Of a stretch of 64,000 bases of DNA, positions 1-10,766 are shown piece by piece; positions within the stretch are counted from its first letter, which is position 1, and every line of letters starts with the position of its first letter. The notes beneath the pieces are model-generated. The model was not told the DNA's origin, searched no databases, and worked only from the letters and a program-made list of their open reading frames with translations. Made by a program: the position numbers and the translations under genes. This stretch comes from Desulfomonilia bacterium. GTDB lineage: Bacteria; Desulfobacterota; Desulfomonilia; UBA1062. The stretch is taken from NCBI GenBank assembly GCA_963664325.2, contig CAXXDQ010000003.1, positions 160,001 through 224,000 on the forward strand, written 5' to 3'.

Positions 1-675
1 GCTGATATAATTATCGCCACTGAGAAAACATTAATGGCCATGCCTGAAACGCGCATCGGTTTTTTCCCGGATGTCGGCGCAACAGGCTGGCTCTTTGAGA
101 AATGCGGGAAAGGTTATCCCGGCTTTCTGGGACTTACCGGTTATGAAATGCGCGGTGCCGAAACACTTCGAATAGGTCTGGCGACGCATCTCGTTTCCTC
201 GGACGCCCTTGAAGAGGTTTTCAGTGTTTTAAAAAATGCAGGACCGTCCCTGCCTCGGCCGAAAAACGAAACCAGGGAGGCAATAGCCGGGCTGCTTGAA
301 AAATATCTGATCAAAGATATTCCCGCTGATCCTGAAATGGATGCTTGGGTTGCCGGGCATTTCGACCGGACGGATGATATTGCAAACCTCATAGAATCTC
401 TCAATGTTTGCAGCTGGGGGAAAGATTATTGTGAGAAGTTCCTTGAAACCCTTCATGAGCGTTCTCCAACGGCATTGAAGCTGACCTCGATGCAGCTTGC
501 CCTGAACAGAGGCAAGCCGTTGGCAGAGGTTTTCGCAAATGACTTGAAAGCGGCTGACTTCATAATCCGCCAGCCAGACTACATCGAAGGCGTACGCGCA
601 AGGGTGATCGAAAAGGACAATGCCCCGGTGTGGAATCCTGATAATATAAAACTGGTTAAGGATATCAGCCTATAG
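1..675 (+). CDS. Enoyl-CoA hydratase/isomerase family, 3-hydroxyisobutyryl-CoA hydrolase-like (5' partial)
   Basis: Frame is open from base 1 ([26 protein letters not shown]). [14 protein letters not shown] and EGVRAxVIxKDNAPxW are HIBCH-type motifs. Confidence 0.85.
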   Translation, partial: ADIIIATEKTLMAMPETRIGFFPDVGATGWLFEKCGKGYPGFLGLTGYEMRGAETLRIGLATHLVSSDALEEVFSVLKNAGPSLPRPKNETREAIAGLLEKYLIKDIPADPEMDAWVAGHFDRTDDIANLIESLNVCSWGKDYCEKFLETLHERSPTALKLTSMQLALNRGKPLAEVFANDLKAADFIIRQPDYIEGVRARVIEKDNAPVWNPDNIKLVKDISL

Positions 676-1542
676 CGTGCGGTTTTTCATGCCGTTAACA
701 AGTTCGGCCAGTTTGCCCATATCAGTTGAACGTTCATGCAAAGGGCGCTTGTCATTGAAATAGCCAGACAGCGTCTCCTCAAAGGCGGGATTTTGAGAGT
801 TCGTGTAAAGTATACCGAGGGGAAAGGGTCCCGTCTGAGTCGCCATTTTGAAGGCGTTTTCACGATCGGACGGGTCGTATGAGCCGTCAAGGTAATAGGT
901 GTGATCCCTGTACCATTGATGCGTATTGACCTTGTTGAAGGAAACGCAGGGCTGGAATATGTCCACCAGCGCATAACCCTTGTGCATAATCGCTTTTTTG
1001 ATGATTTCCTTTGTCCTTTCGACATCGCTCGAGAAGGCCCTGGCCACGAATGAGGCGTTCAGAGAAATAGCCACGGCCAGGGGGTTGAACGGTTCGAGGG
1101 TTACACCGGTTATCTGCACGGGCGTTACAAAGCCGCGGGGACTGGTCGGGGAGGCCTGGCCTTTCGTGAGTCCGTAAACCATGTTGTTGTGGACTATATT
1201 CGTGATGTCGGGGTTCCTGCGTATGGCGTGGATGAAATGGTTACCGCCTTCCCCGTAGGTGCATCCGTCGCCGCTCTCGGCAATTACAGTGAGCCTCGGA
1301 TTTGCAGCTTTTATTGCCGTGGCTGCAGGCAGCGACCTTCCGTGCAGTCCGTTGAAATAGCTGGCCCTGAGATATTGAGGTGTTTTGGCGGCCTGGCCGA
1401 TTCCTGATACAAGCACCAGTTTTTCCGGGCTGATCGAGAGCTCGGTGAGAGCGACCTTAAGCGCCTTCAGGATGTTGAAATTGCCGCATCCCGGGCACCA
1501 TGCAATATCGATTGCCTGGTTGAATTCAAAGCCGTCAGCCAC
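670..1542 (-). CDS. 2-oxoacid:ferredoxin oxidoreductase beta subunit (TPP-binding)
   Basis: WCPGCG, SGIG, LHGR, GDG...NN and FQPCVSFN motifs; overlaps the end of the alpha subunit. Confidence 0.95.
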   Translation of the reverse strand: MADGFEFNQAIDIAWCPGCGNFNILKALKVALTELSISPEKLVLVSGIGQAAKTPQYLRASYFNGLHGRSLPAATAIKAANPRLTVIAESGDGCTYGEGGNHFIHAIRRNPDITNIVHNNMVYGLTKGQASPTSPRGFVTPVQITGVTLEPFNPLAVAISLNASFVARAFSSDVERTKEIIKKAIMHKGYALVDIFQPCVSFNKVNTHQWYRDHTYYLDGSYDPSDRENAFKMATQTGPFPLGILYTNSQNPAFEETLSGYFNDKRPLHERSTDMGKLAELVNGMKNRTL

Positions 1543-3271
1543 TGTTTTTCCCCTTCAATGCCCTTTCGAGATCCTCGATGACATCTTCGAGCATGAACGG
1601 CATGCCGTCGTATTTAAGTATGCGCTCATCAAAATCGATGCCGGTTTCAAGCTTGATCAGTTTTGCGAACTGGCTTGTTGCGTTATTCTCTATAATGATC
1701 CTGTTTCTGGCGCGGCTGAGTATTTCAGAGGTTTCAGCAGGCAGGGGATAGACCTGTGAAAAATGCAGGAAAGCGACATCATCCCTGTCGATCGCCTCAA
1801 GGGCCTCCCTGACGACATTGAAGGTGGAGCCCCAGCCAACTACGAGGTGATTAAAAGATTGAGGGCCTGTCAATGTAGGAGGAACGGCGGCTGATGCGAG
1901 CCCTTTAAGTTTGTTAAGCCTCTTTTCAACCATAGATGAGCGCATCAGGGCATCCTCGGTTATATACCCGCCCTCATCATGCTCGTCGCTGTCCGCACAG
2001 ACGATGCCTTTTCCGAAACCGGGTATCCCCCTCGGGGAAACGCCGTCTGAAGTGAACTGATACCGCCTGTAGTCTTCCTTGGTTTCAATGACATATTTTT
2101 CGGGCTCAATAAGCTTTATGTCCGGTGGCGCTATACAGAAATTCGAATCAAGATAATGCTGGTCGGTCAGTATTATAACGGGGACCTGATACTTATCCGC
2201 CAGCATGAACGCCTGCCGCGTAAGGGTTAAACCCTCCTGTATCGAGCCGGGAGCGAGGATTGCGCGGGGAAATTCACCATGCCCCGAATAAAGCGCATGC
2301 TCCAGATCCGCCTGCTCGGTGCGCGTCGGCAGACCGGTAGCAGGACCGGGACGCTGGCCTATGTGAATCACCAGCGGGGATTCTATGGCGCCTGCCAGGC
2401 TCAGGCCCTCGACCATGAGCGCGAAGCCGCCGCCGGATGTAGTGACAAACCCCCTGCCTCCGGCATACCATGCACCCAGGGCCATATTGACGGCGCTTAT
2501 TTCATCCTCGGCCTGCTCGACTACCACGCCGAAATCCTGTGCATGACGGGCAAAAAACACCAGTACGCCCGTTGAGGGAGACATCGGGTATGAAGAGACA
2601 AAATTACACCCGCCCGCTAAACCGCCAATGCCTATGGCGTCCACGCCGCTCATTACCAGATTGTTTTTTACCTCTTCTGAAATCCTCACGGCAGGGAGAA
2701 GGCCTTGAGCCTGATTCCTGAGCTGTGCGCCCGAGTCATATCCAATTAAAACGGCCTCGATGCTTTTCTGTTTGCGTTGAGAGTCGCTTCTTGAAAATGA
2801 GTGTTCGAGCCTGGTTTTGACAAATCCAGGGTCAATCCCCATCATGGCCGCTAGTACGCCAAGGACAACCATGTTCAGTGTTATCAGGCCTCCGGCATCC
2901 TTCGACAGTTGTACAAGCGGGACATTTAATATTTTAAAGCCTTTCTTGAAAAACTCCTCAGGTATGAGATCAAAATCACCCAGTATTAAAGTATTTACAG
3001 TAACCCTTTCTTTAAACCGCTCAAGCGCATTAATATGCAGGGGAACGAAGATATCTATTCCCCTGCGGTATGAATTTACCGGTTTTGATGCAATGCGTAC
3101 CTGGGTTGAATTGTTGCCGCCGCGGATGCGCGACATGAATTCGCTGTATGAATATACAAAATAGCCGGCATTTTTGAATACATCCAGCAGCAGAATTTCA
3201 AGCTTCTGCAAACCCTGTCCTGCTTCACCTGAAATGAGAATAGAGATATCAGTTTGTGAAGCTGCACCCAT
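1535..3271 (-). CDS. 2-oxoacid:acceptor oxidoreductase alpha subunit (gamma-alpha fusion)
   Basis: [34 protein letters not shown] and [11 protein letters not shown] motifs. Confidence 0.95.
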   Translation of the reverse strand: MGAASQTDISILISGEAGQGLQKLEILLLDVFKNAGYFVYSYSEFMSRIRGGNNSTQVRIASKPVNSYRRGIDIFVPLHINALERFKERVTVNTLILGDFDLIPEEFFKKGFKILNVPLVQLSKDAGGLITLNMVVLGVLAAMMGIDPGFVKTRLEHSFSRSDSQRKQKSIEAVLIGYDSGAQLRNQAQGLLPAVRISEEVKNNLVMSGVDAIGIGGLAGGCNFVSSYPMSPSTGVLVFFARHAQDFGVVVEQAEDEISAVNMALGAWYAGGRGFVTTSGGGFALMVEGLSLAGAIESPLVIHIGQRPGPATGLPTRTEQADLEHALYSGHGEFPRAILAPGSIQEGLTLTRQAFMLADKYQVPVIILTDQHYLDSNFCIAPPDIKLIEPEKYVIETKEDYRRYQFTSDGVSPRGIPGFGKGIVCADSDEHDEGGYITEDALMRSSMVEKRLNKLKGLASAAVPPTLTGPQSFNHLVVGWGSTFNVVREALEAIDRDDVAFLHFSQVYPLPAETSEILSRARNRIIIENNATSQFAKLIKLETGIDFDERILKYDGMPFMLEDVIEDLERALKGKNSG

Positions 3272-3293
3272 ATTATTTATTTAAAATGGTCTT

Positions 3294-3905
3294 CTACCCG
3301 AACAGTTTGCCTGCAATCTTCGCCACATGACGGCCCTGATACTTTGCTCCTGCAAGTTCGTTCTGGCTGGGCTGGCGTTCTCCTGACGGGCCGGCTATGG
3401 TTGATGCCCCGTAAGGAGAACAACCGGTGATTTCGTCGATGCGCATCTGGGCGTCAAAAGAATACGGCAGGCCTACAATGACCATTCCATGGTGCAGGAG
3501 CGTGGTATGGACGCTCAGGATTGTTGATTCCTGGCCTCCGTGCTGCGTGGCGCTGCTGGTAAATACGCTGCCTACTTTTCCCACGAGGGCTCCCTTGGCC
3601 CAAAGCCCGCCAGTTGCATCGAGGAACTGCCTCATCTGGCCGCACATATTGCCAAAGCGGGTGGGTGTGCCGAAGATTATCGCATCCGCCTGGACAAGGT
3701 CTTCAACCCTGGCTACAGGGATATGGGCGAAGGCCTTCCGGGCTTCAAGCGCCCCCATCTTTTTCAGTACATCATCACCGAGGGTTTCCGGTACCCGGTG
3801 TAGTATGGCCCCGGCGCCGTCAACTTCCCGCACGCCTTCAGCCACGGCCTCGGCCATCTTATAGATATGGCCGTACATGGAATAAAAAAGCACAAGAACT
3901 TTCAT
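3294..3905 (-). CDS. wrbA: NAD(P)H:quinone oxidoreductase WrbA
   Basis: [22 protein letters not shown] and SPYGA motifs. Confidence 0.95.
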   Translation of the reverse strand: MKVLVLFYSMYGHIYKMAEAVAEGVREVDGAGAILHRVPETLGDDVLKKMGALEARKAFAHIPVARVEDLVQADAIIFGTPTRFGNMCGQMRQFLDATGGLWAKGALVGKVGSVFTSSATQHGGQESTILSVHTTLLHHGMVIVGLPYSFDAQMRIDEITGCSPYGASTIAGPSGERQPSQNELAGAKYQGRHVAKIAGKLFG

Positions 3906-3909
3906 GATT

Positions 3910-4479
3910 TCATCCTCCCGGTTTTTTTAACTTGGTATTCATGACGGTTTTTTCAGTCGCCTCTACTGCCTTGATGTATTTTTCATGGATCATCTTTGCG
4001 TCGAATTCATAAAACCAGGCAAGCATGGCATCCTGCTCTTCTTTTGAAAAATATTCCAGAACCGGATAGAAAAAATGCTTGTCCTCTTTCTCGATGTGTT
4101 TTGGATAAAACTCTATAAGGGCCTTTAAACTGCCGGTGATTTCAGCAAGGGACGGCTTGTCGCCTTCAAGAAATCTGATCTTTGCCTCTACAAGCTTCCC
4201 TACGGTCTTACGGGCGAACTGATGCTCTTTTACAAGCCCTTTCATGATTTGGATGTGTTCGGCCGTAAGCGGTTTTTTCCCCAGTTCCTTAAACAGGATG
4301 TCTTCTTCCTTTCCGTGGTGGGTGCGGTCTGCATAGGTCTGTATGAAGTCAACAACAGAATCTATGAATACCGGATCGAAATTGCTTTGAGACTGAATTA
4401 CAGGCAGCTTTATTTCCACTGTGCGCAACATACGCTCGATAAGCCTGTGCTCCCACATCAATGGCCCGATAAACTTCAT
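3910..4479 (-). CDS. Hemerythrin (HHE) domain protein
   Basis: EH...HHGKEE...EH...HIEKED di-iron ligand pattern. Confidence 0.9.
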   Translation of the reverse strand: MKFIGPLMWEHRLIERMLRTVEIKLPVIQSQSNFDPVFIDSVVDFIQTYADRTHHGKEEDILFKELGKKPLTAEHIQIMKGLVKEHQFARKTVGKLVEAKIRFLEGDKPSLAEITGSLKALIEFYPKHIEKEDKHFFYPVLEYFSKEEQDAMLAWFYEFDAKMIHEKYIKAVEATEKTVMNTKLKKPGG

Positions 4480-4844
4480 TTGACCTTAAGGTTTACCGTC
4501 TTTGAACCATAAAAGCTGCATGTTGCGGTCACTTCGAAATCATCACCTGCGGCAGCGGGAATATTATAAAAATAAGTGAAATATTCTTTTTCAGGCTGAT
4601 TTTTATAGGTGTTCTTGCTGATAATCTGGCCGTTTTTCTTTATATCCACATTTTTTATGTAATGGAAGCCGGGCATCAGCGAATAGTGCGTGATCGCTAC
4701 CGCAAGCGTCTGTTCGGCAGGATTATAAGTGAGCTGAATATCCTTGGGCGGGGTGGCTTGAGCAATACCGGGCAGAACACCCAGCAGCAATAAAGAGGAA
4801 ATCAGACATATTCTTTGAGACAAGCTTTTAGTTCTGTCTTTCAT
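4476..4844 (-). CDS. Secreted protein, possibly superoxide-reductase-like Ig fold
   Basis: ATG at 4844 with AAGGAG RBS; signal peptide ending AQA; H-x7-HYI...TCSFYG pattern. Confidence 0.6.
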   Translation of the reverse strand: MKDRTKSLSQRICLISSLLLLGVLPGIAQATPPKDIQLTYNPAEQTLAVAITHYSLMPGFHYIKNVDIKKNGQIISKNTYKNQPEKEYFTYFYNIPAAAGDDFEVTATCSFYGSKTVNLKVK

Positions 4845-4903
4845 ATTATCTCCTTTGAAACAAATAATTTTCATCAAATTAAAAAGTTATACCGACAATA
4901 ACA

Positions 4904-4942
4904 ATCAGGTTTTTCCCTATAACCGGCTTCTAAAAACCTGAG
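4904..4942 (-). promoter_or_regulatory. Island operator copy 1 (upstream of SOR-like/hemerythrin/wrbA/OFOR operon)
   Basis: Minus strand: CTCAGGTTTTTAGAAGCCGGTT-ATAGGG-AAAAA-CCTGAT-TG. Confidence 0.75.
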
Positions 4943-5071
4943 ATTTTTTTATCTCCCTCTGCAGGATTCATTGTTGATCTTGGTATATCCATGATCCTTC
5001 TTTCCGCAGCCGGCTGAAGTGCTTTTATAAAACTTGGTTTACAGGTGTCTGATTCGGGCTCCTGTCTTTCC

Positions 5072-5512
5072 TTACATGGCCAGGAAGCGCTGTCTGATAT
5101 TTTCCATCCTCTTGCGGTTCACCCCGAAATCCGAATGTCCGACCCTGGATGCCGAGCGGAATTGAATTGTTTTGTCCGAATCATTAAACAGGAACTCAAC
5201 ATCGTCCACAAAACGGAAGACGGCTGATGTAAACTCGGCATGCAGGTAATCGTCAGAAGTCTTGACAATTCTGGTCCTGGGCATCGAGTTAATGACCGCA
5301 ATCAGTTTTTTCATCGCCGCATCCTGTGTTGAAGTATACTTCATTGGTTCGATAGAGTGTTTTGAATCCGCTGCCTGGGTTGAAACGCAATTTGGCGAGG
5401 ACGGACATCTGGCGAGCTGCCCGTCTTTAACCCCCAGCCCGTCCGCCTTTGCTGCTGAAAAACCGGCCAGGACCATTGAAGCAGCCAATAGCATAGTAAT
5501 TTCTCTGGACAT
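5072..5512 (-). CDS. DUF1499 family exported protein
   Basis: Signal peptide; CPSSPNCVSTQ, FRFVDDVEF and RSASRVGHSDFGVNRKR motifs. Confidence 0.9.
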   Translation of the reverse strand: MSREITMLLAASMVLAGFSAAKADGLGVKDGQLARCPSSPNCVSTQAADSKHSIEPMKYTSTQDAAMKKLIAVINSMPRTRIVKTSDDYLHAEFTSAVFRFVDDVEFLFNDSDKTIQFRSASRVGHSDFGVNRKRMENIRQRFLAM

Positions 5513-5694
5513 CTTTTAAGCCTCCTTTATGCGGGTTTTTCATGGGGCCTTTCAAGGATGTGATCAAGGTCCTATTATAGGGTCACAGCCTCGTCCGATC
5601 AAGGAATTCAGGAGTGAAAAATACAACTTTTTTAAAAACAGCATCATTGCCTTTTTAAGTTTCTGGACCTATTTCTTATATAAACGGAGGGATA

Positions 5695-7158
5695 ATGAAG
5701 AACTTTGATTATGACCTCGGCATAATCGGCGGAGGCGCCGCAGGGCTGACAGCTGCAGCAGGCTCTGCGCAATTCGGGGCTAAAACGATATTGATCGAAA
5801 AATCCGGCAGACTGGGGGGAGACTGCCTCCATACCGGGTGCGTGCCGTCAAAAACCCTCATCAGAACCGCCGGGGTCTACACGCAGGCAAAAAGTTTTCC
5901 CGAGTTCGGCCTTGGCCCGATGGATATCCCGTCCGTCAATCTGGGTTCGGTAATGGACCACGTTCACAGGGTGATCGGGGAAATACAGAAACACGATTCA
6001 CCTGAACGGTTCTGCGGCCTTGGAGCTGAAGTCAGGTTCGGCGCTCCTGTTTTTACTGATGATCATACCGCCGAAATTGACGGCAGGAGCATAACAGCCC
6101 GGTCATGGATCATAGCAACGGGCTCGCATCCGGTACTGCCGCCAGTGGAAGGGCTTGAACAGGTCCCTTACTGGACAAATGAAACCGTGTTTTCCCAAAG
6201 GGATCTGCCGGCACGTCTCATCGTCCTTGGCGGTGGCCCGATAGGGCTTGAGATGGCACAGGCCTTTGCAAGGCTCGGTTCAAAGGTAAGCGTGGTCGAA
6301 TTCATGGATCAGATACTGGGACCTGAGGACCCCGATATTGCGGAGATCCTCAAGCAGCGCCTCCTTGAGGAAGGAATCGACATCCTTACTTCGACAAGGG
6401 CCGTCAATGCCGAATACATGGAGGGCGTCGTCAGCTTAAGAACTGCCCCGGTAAAAGCAGATGGGCCGGAGAATGTTATCAGGGCGGATGCAATCCTTGT
6501 TGCGGCAGGAAGAAAGCCGAACACCGAGGGACTTGGCCTTGAAAATGCGGGGGTAGAATATTCGGTGCGAGGCATACAAACCGACAGCAGGATGCGCACA
6601 AGCGTCAAGCATATATACGCCTGCGGAGATGTGAACGGGCTGATGCCGTTCACGCATGTCGCCGGGTATGAGGCCGGGATCGCCCTTACAAACGCTATCC
6701 TGCGCCTTCCCCGAAAGGCTGATTATTCAAAGATCGGCTGGTGCACTTATACTGCGCCGGCTGTCGCGAGCATCGGCTATAACGAGAAGCGCGCCCGGAA
6801 GGATGGTATCGGATACCGCGTATTTGAAGAGGAGTTTAAGGATAATGACCGGGCTTTGGCCGAAAATGAGGCATCGGGAAAGATCAAGCTGCTTTTAAGC
6901 GGCAGGGGTAAAGTGATCGGCTGCCAGATCATCGGCGCACATGCCGATGATCTGATTCACGAGTGGGTGATAGCTTTTTGTAATGATGTGAAACTTTCGA
7001 GGATTGCAGGCGCAGTTCATATCTACCCGACACTCTCCGAAATATCGAAGAGGGTTGCGGGCAAGGTTTTTTCTGAAAAGATATTCAGCAGGCGTTCAAG
7101 GGACCTGCTGCATTTCCTTTTCAGCCTCAAGGGCCGGGCCTGCAACCTGCCCGAATAA
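5695..7158 (+). CDS. Class I pyridine nucleotide-disulfide oxidoreductase (mercuric reductase/dihydrolipoamide dehydrogenase-like)
   Basis: GGGAAG, GGDCLHTGCVPSK, GGGPIGLE and HIYPTLSE motifs; no MerA C-terminal Cys-Cys pair. Confidence 0.9.
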   Translation: MKNFDYDLGIIGGGAAGLTAAAGSAQFGAKTILIEKSGRLGGDCLHTGCVPSKTLIRTAGVYTQAKSFPEFGLGPMDIPSVNLGSVMDHVHRVIGEIQKHDSPERFCGLGAEVRFGAPVFTDDHTAEIDGRSITARSWIIATGSHPVLPPVEGLEQVPYWTNETVFSQRDLPARLIVLGGGPIGLEMAQAFARLGSKVSVVEFMDQILGPEDPDIAEILKQRLLEEGIDILTSTRAVNAEYMEGVVSLRTAPVKADGPENVIRADAILVAAGRKPNTEGLGLENAGVEYSVRGIQTDSRMRTSVKHIYACGDVNGLMPFTHVAGYEAGIALTNAILRLPRKADYSKIGWCTYTAPAVASIGYNEKRARKDGIGYRVFEEEFKDNDRALAENEASGKIKLLLSGRGKVIGCQIIGAHADDLIHEWVIAFCNDVKLSRIAGAVHIYPTLSEISKRVAGKVFSEKIFSRRSRDLLHFLFSLKGRACNLPE

Positions 7159-7171
7159 GCGTGCTTGTCCG

Positions 7172-8545
7172 TTAGAATAGCCGGCGCACAAGAGGCAGTT
7201 TGAAACGGTAGGGGGCATAACGAAAAGGCATGTCGAATTTGAGGGTGTTTTTGACGATGCCCTTGTAATGGGTGAAGGTGTCAAAGCCCGTCTTGCCATG
7301 ATAGGCTCCCATCCCGCTGTTGCCCGCGCCGCCGAAAGGCAGCAGATGCGAAGCGACATGGACCATGGCGTCATTTATGCACACGCCGCCCGACGAGGTC
7401 CCCTTCAGTATCTTTTCCTGGTTCGAAGGGTTACTTGAAAAGAAGTACAGGCTGAGAGGTTTCGGCCTTGAGTTTACGAAGGTAATCGCGTCTCCCAGAT
7501 TCTCATATTCAAGAACAGGCAGGATGGGTCCGAATATCTCTGATTCCATGATCTTGTGTTCAGGCCTTACATTATCAATAATGGTCGGTGCTATATACCT
7601 TTCATTTTCCGCCGTTTGGCCTCCGGCAACTATGTCGCCCTGATCCATAAGACCTTTAAGCCTTGTGAAATGAGCCATGTTGATAATTCTGGCGTAATCA
7701 ACACTCGATATGGGATTATCTCCATAGAAGGACGCGATCTGTTTCTTGAGCGATTCGACGAGCTTATCTTTTATTTTTTTGTCTGCAAGGAGATAGTCCG
7801 GGGCTACGCAGGTCTGGCCGGCATTGAAGAATTTGGCCCATGCGATACGCTTTGCGGCATGGTCTATGTTTATGTCCTTATCGACAATGCAGGGGCTTTT
7901 TCCTCCCAGTTCGAGGGTTACCGGAGTGAGATTGCGTGCGGCGGCCTCCATGACAAGTCTGCCTATATTCGTGCCGCCGGTGAAAAAGATATAGTCGAAT
8001 TTTTCATTGAGAAGGTCAGCCGCTACGCGGGCATCGCCCGTGACGACCGTGATGAATGAAGGGTCAAAAGACCCGGAAACCATCTCCGCCATTACTGAAG
8101 ATGTGTAAGGGGCGAATTCGGAAGGTTTTATTACCGCGCAGTTTCCTCCTGCAATTGCTGATACGAGCGGAGCGAATGCAAGGTTGAACGGATAATTCCA
8201 GGGGGCGATGATAAGGCTTACGCCCCAAGGTTCGGGCATGATGTAGCTTTTGCCGGGAAACAGGTGCTTGGGTGAATGTATTCTCCTGGCTTTGGTCCAC
8301 GAACACACATTATTCAAGGCATGCTTGATTTCATTTTTGACAACTGCGATCTCGCTGGCATAGGCCTCCAGCACAGGTTTTCTCATGTCTTCCTGCAGGG
8401 CTTTGACGATCTTTCCGTCACTTGATTTGATCAGGCAAAGGAGGTCATTAAGCCTTTTCTTTCTGAAAGAGACATCCTTTGTCATGCCTGAATTGAAATA
8501 CCCCCTCTGGGCCTCAACGATCCGGCGGATATCAAATTGATCCAT
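7172..8545 (-). CDS. Aldehyde dehydrogenase (family 3-like)
   Basis: PWNYP, KPSE, FTGG, LELGGKSP, NAGQTCVAPD and EIFGP motifs. Confidence 0.95.
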   Translation of the reverse strand: MDQFDIRRIVEAQRGYFNSGMTKDVSFRKKRLNDLLCLIKSSDGKIVKALQEDMRKPVLEAYASEIAVVKNEIKHALNNVCSWTKARRIHSPKHLFPGKSYIMPEPWGVSLIIAPWNYPFNLAFAPLVSAIAGGNCAVIKPSEFAPYTSSVMAEMVSGSFDPSFITVVTGDARVAADLLNEKFDYIFFTGGTNIGRLVMEAAARNLTPVTLELGGKSPCIVDKDINIDHAAKRIAWAKFFNAGQTCVAPDYLLADKKIKDKLVESLKKQIASFYGDNPISSVDYARIINMAHFTRLKGLMDQGDIVAGGQTAENERYIAPTIIDNVRPEHKIMESEIFGPILPVLEYENLGDAITFVNSRPKPLSLYFFSSNPSNQEKILKGTSSGGVCINDAMVHVASHLLPFGGAGNSGMGAYHGKTGFDTFTHYKGIVKNTLKFDMPFRYAPYRFKLPLVRRLF

Positions 8546-8770
8546 AGTATTCTCCTTTCAGTTAATGCTGATTAGGGAAATCATATAACTTGAATATGTC
8601 CGGACAGGCATAAAGGAAAGGGGCAAACTTGACAAATCCGGGTTTTTGGAGCGTGATCGGCTGATGACTCCCCTTTTGAATAAAATCATTCAGGCTTTGA
8701 TGAAAAGCATAAGCTCCGCATTGCATCCTGTCTTCAGCAAATACAGCTATAGTTTTGGAGAAAAAAGGTA

Positions 8771-9550
8771 ATGCACCAGTGGATTGTCCGGTTATGTTTT
8801 TTTCTGGGGGTCTTCGCCATTGTCGCATTCTGGGAATTAAAGGCCCCGCGCAGGCCTCCCGCCACGGACAAGAATAAGCGGTGGTTTGCAAATATCACCA
8901 TAGTCGTTTTAAATACCGGTCTGGTGCAGGCCCTGTTTCCGGTTCTGCCGGTGGGGCTTGCAGTGATGGCACGGGCAAAAGGATGGGGCTTGTTCAACGG
9001 CTTTGAACCGGCATATTGGATTAAATGCCTTGTGAGTTTCCTGATCCTGGATCTTACTGTCTATCTCCAGCATGCGCTTTTTCATTACCTTCCGTCACTC
9101 TGGCGCCTGCACCGGATGCATCATACAGACCTTGATATTGACGTGACGACAGGCAACCGTTTTCATCCCCTCGAAATCATTCTTTCCACATGTATCAAAC
9201 TTGCCGTTGTCGCTCTGATCGGCGCCCCGGCCTTTGCGGTCCTCCTGTTCGAGATCGTCCTTAACGCAGCCTCCCAGTTTAATCACGGCAACGTCCTTCT
9301 ACCCCTAAAGGCGGATTCATTCCTGCGTTTTGTAATTGTCACGCCGGATATGCACAGGGTTCACCATTCGGTGGTGCCGGCGGAGACGAACAGCAATTTC
9401 GGCTTTGCACTTCCCTGGTGGGACCGACTGTTCGGAACATACCGGGCATTGCCGCAAGCCGGCCATGACAACATGGGCATCGGCCTGAATCAGTACCGTA
9501 ATCCTGAACAGTTAAAGCTATGGCACCTGCTGCTTGATCCCTTTAAGTAA
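8771..9550 (+). CDS. Sterol desaturase / fatty-acid hydroxylase family membrane protein
   Basis: His boxes HALFH, HRMHH, FNH, HRVHH; WWDRLFGTY. Confidence 0.9.
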   Translation: MHQWIVRLCFFLGVFAIVAFWELKAPRRPPATDKNKRWFANITIVVLNTGLVQALFPVLPVGLAVMARAKGWGLFNGFEPAYWIKCLVSFLILDLTVYLQHALFHYLPSLWRLHRMHHTDLDIDVTTGNRFHPLEIILSTCIKLAVVALIGAPAFAVLLFEIVLNAASQFNHGNVLLPLKADSFLRFVIVTPDMHRVHHSVVPAETNSNFGFALPWWDRLFGTYRALPQAGHDNMGIGLNQYRNPEQLKLWHLLLDPFK

Positions 9551-9575
9551 ATACATATATTAAATTTTTAAATCC

Positions 9576-10682
9576 TTAATGCATACTGTTGGAAAGGGCG
9601 GGGTAGTCCGTATAGCCAGCGGGACCTGGTGTATAAAAGGTATTATGGTCAGGCTCCTCCAGAGGCGCCCCCAGGCTGATGCGCTTCACCAGGTCAGGGT
9701 TCGAGATATAGTACTTGGCGAATGACACGGCATCGGCCAGCCCTTCCCGGATCACCCGGTTTCCCTTTTCAGGGTTGAATCCGCAGTTGATCACCAGGCT
9801 CCCCTTGTAGCGCGGTCTGAAATACTCGGCGATCCTGATGACAGCATAGGGCACCGTGTCCACAGGCAGCATGGGCTCTACGAAATGGGCATAGGCAAGT
9901 CTCCTGTAGTCGTTAAGCCTCTCCACGACATGCTCGAAAGTCGGGATGGTGTCCTTATCAATTGTGATTCCGAAAAGCCCGTGCGCCGAAGGGTTGAGCC
10001 GTATGCCGACCCTGTCCTGTCCCACGGCACCTGTCACTGAATCAAGGGTCTCGAAGAAAAATCTCGCCCTGTTCTCGTGGCTCCTTCCGTATTGATCGGA
10101 GCGTGTATTTGAGCAGTTAGTGAAGAACTGGTGGAACAGATACCCGTTGGCTGAATGGATCTCTACGCCATCAAAGCCTGCCGCCATGGCATTCAGGGCT
10201 GCCTTCCTGAAATCATCAGTGATGGCATGGATCTCGTCAATTGTAAGGGCATGGGGTGTAACCGTTTCCTTGAACCCCTGGGGCGTGTAGGAGCGGTCAT
10301 GGGGATTGATTGCTGAAGGCGCCACAGGGAGACTGCCTTCATGGAAATCAGGGTGTGACACACGGCCCACATGCCAGAGCTGGATGAAGATGTGGCCGCC
10401 TTTTTCGTGAACGGCCCCGGTAACAAGCTTCCATCCCTCGACCTGTGCCTGGCTGTAGATGCCCGGGGTATTGACATATCCTACAGCCTGCTTAGAGACC
10501 TGAGACCCCTCTGTGATTATAAGCCCTGCAGCAGCACGCTGCCTGTAATACTCGGCTATCAGTTCCGTAGGCGCGTTTTCCGGATTGTCCGCCCGGCTTC
10601 TCGTCATGGGCGCCATGAACACACGGTTCGGCAGCTCATAAGCGCCTATCCTGACAGGCTTTAACAGCTCATTCTCCTTCAC
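9576..10682 (-). CDS. Old-yellow-enzyme alkene reductase (NemA-like)
   Basis: MAPMTRSRA, QLWHVGRVSH and GFDGVEIHSANGYL motifs; probable GTG start at 10682 after an AAGGAGG RBS. Confidence 0.92.
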   Translation of the reverse strand: MKENELLKPVRIGAYELPNRVFMAPMTRSRADNPENAPTELIAEYYRQRAAAGLIITEGSQVSKQAVGYVNTPGIYSQAQVEGWKLVTGAVHEKGGHIFIQLWHVGRVSHPDFHEGSLPVAPSAINPHDRSYTPQGFKETVTPHALTIDEIHAITDDFRKAALNAMAAGFDGVEIHSANGYLFHQFFTNCSNTRSDQYGRSHENRARFFFETLDSVTGAVGQDRVGIRLNPSAHGLFGITIDKDTIPTFEHVVERLNDYRRLAYAHFVEPMLPVDTVPYAVIRIAEYFRPRYKGSLVINCGFNPEKGNRVIREGLADAVSFAKYYISNPDLVKRISLGAPLEEPDHNTFYTPGPAGYTDYPALSNSMH

Positions 10683-10766
10683 GGGACCCTCCTTCCACGC
10701 GGTAATCAAGCACGGCACCTCCATTGCAGAAGTGGTAAGGCCTGATTGAATTTTCTGTCAATGCCG

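Noticed and set aside
5695-7158. merA mercury resistance gene
   Set aside because: No N-terminal metal-binding domain, no C-terminal Cys-Cys pair and no mer operon.
8615-8670. Possible extra operator copies (AAAGGG-GCAAA-CTTGAC; also a half-site GGCCTGATTG near 10740 and ATCAGG near 38095)
   Set aside because: Too degenerate, or lacking the second half and the 22-bp distal element.
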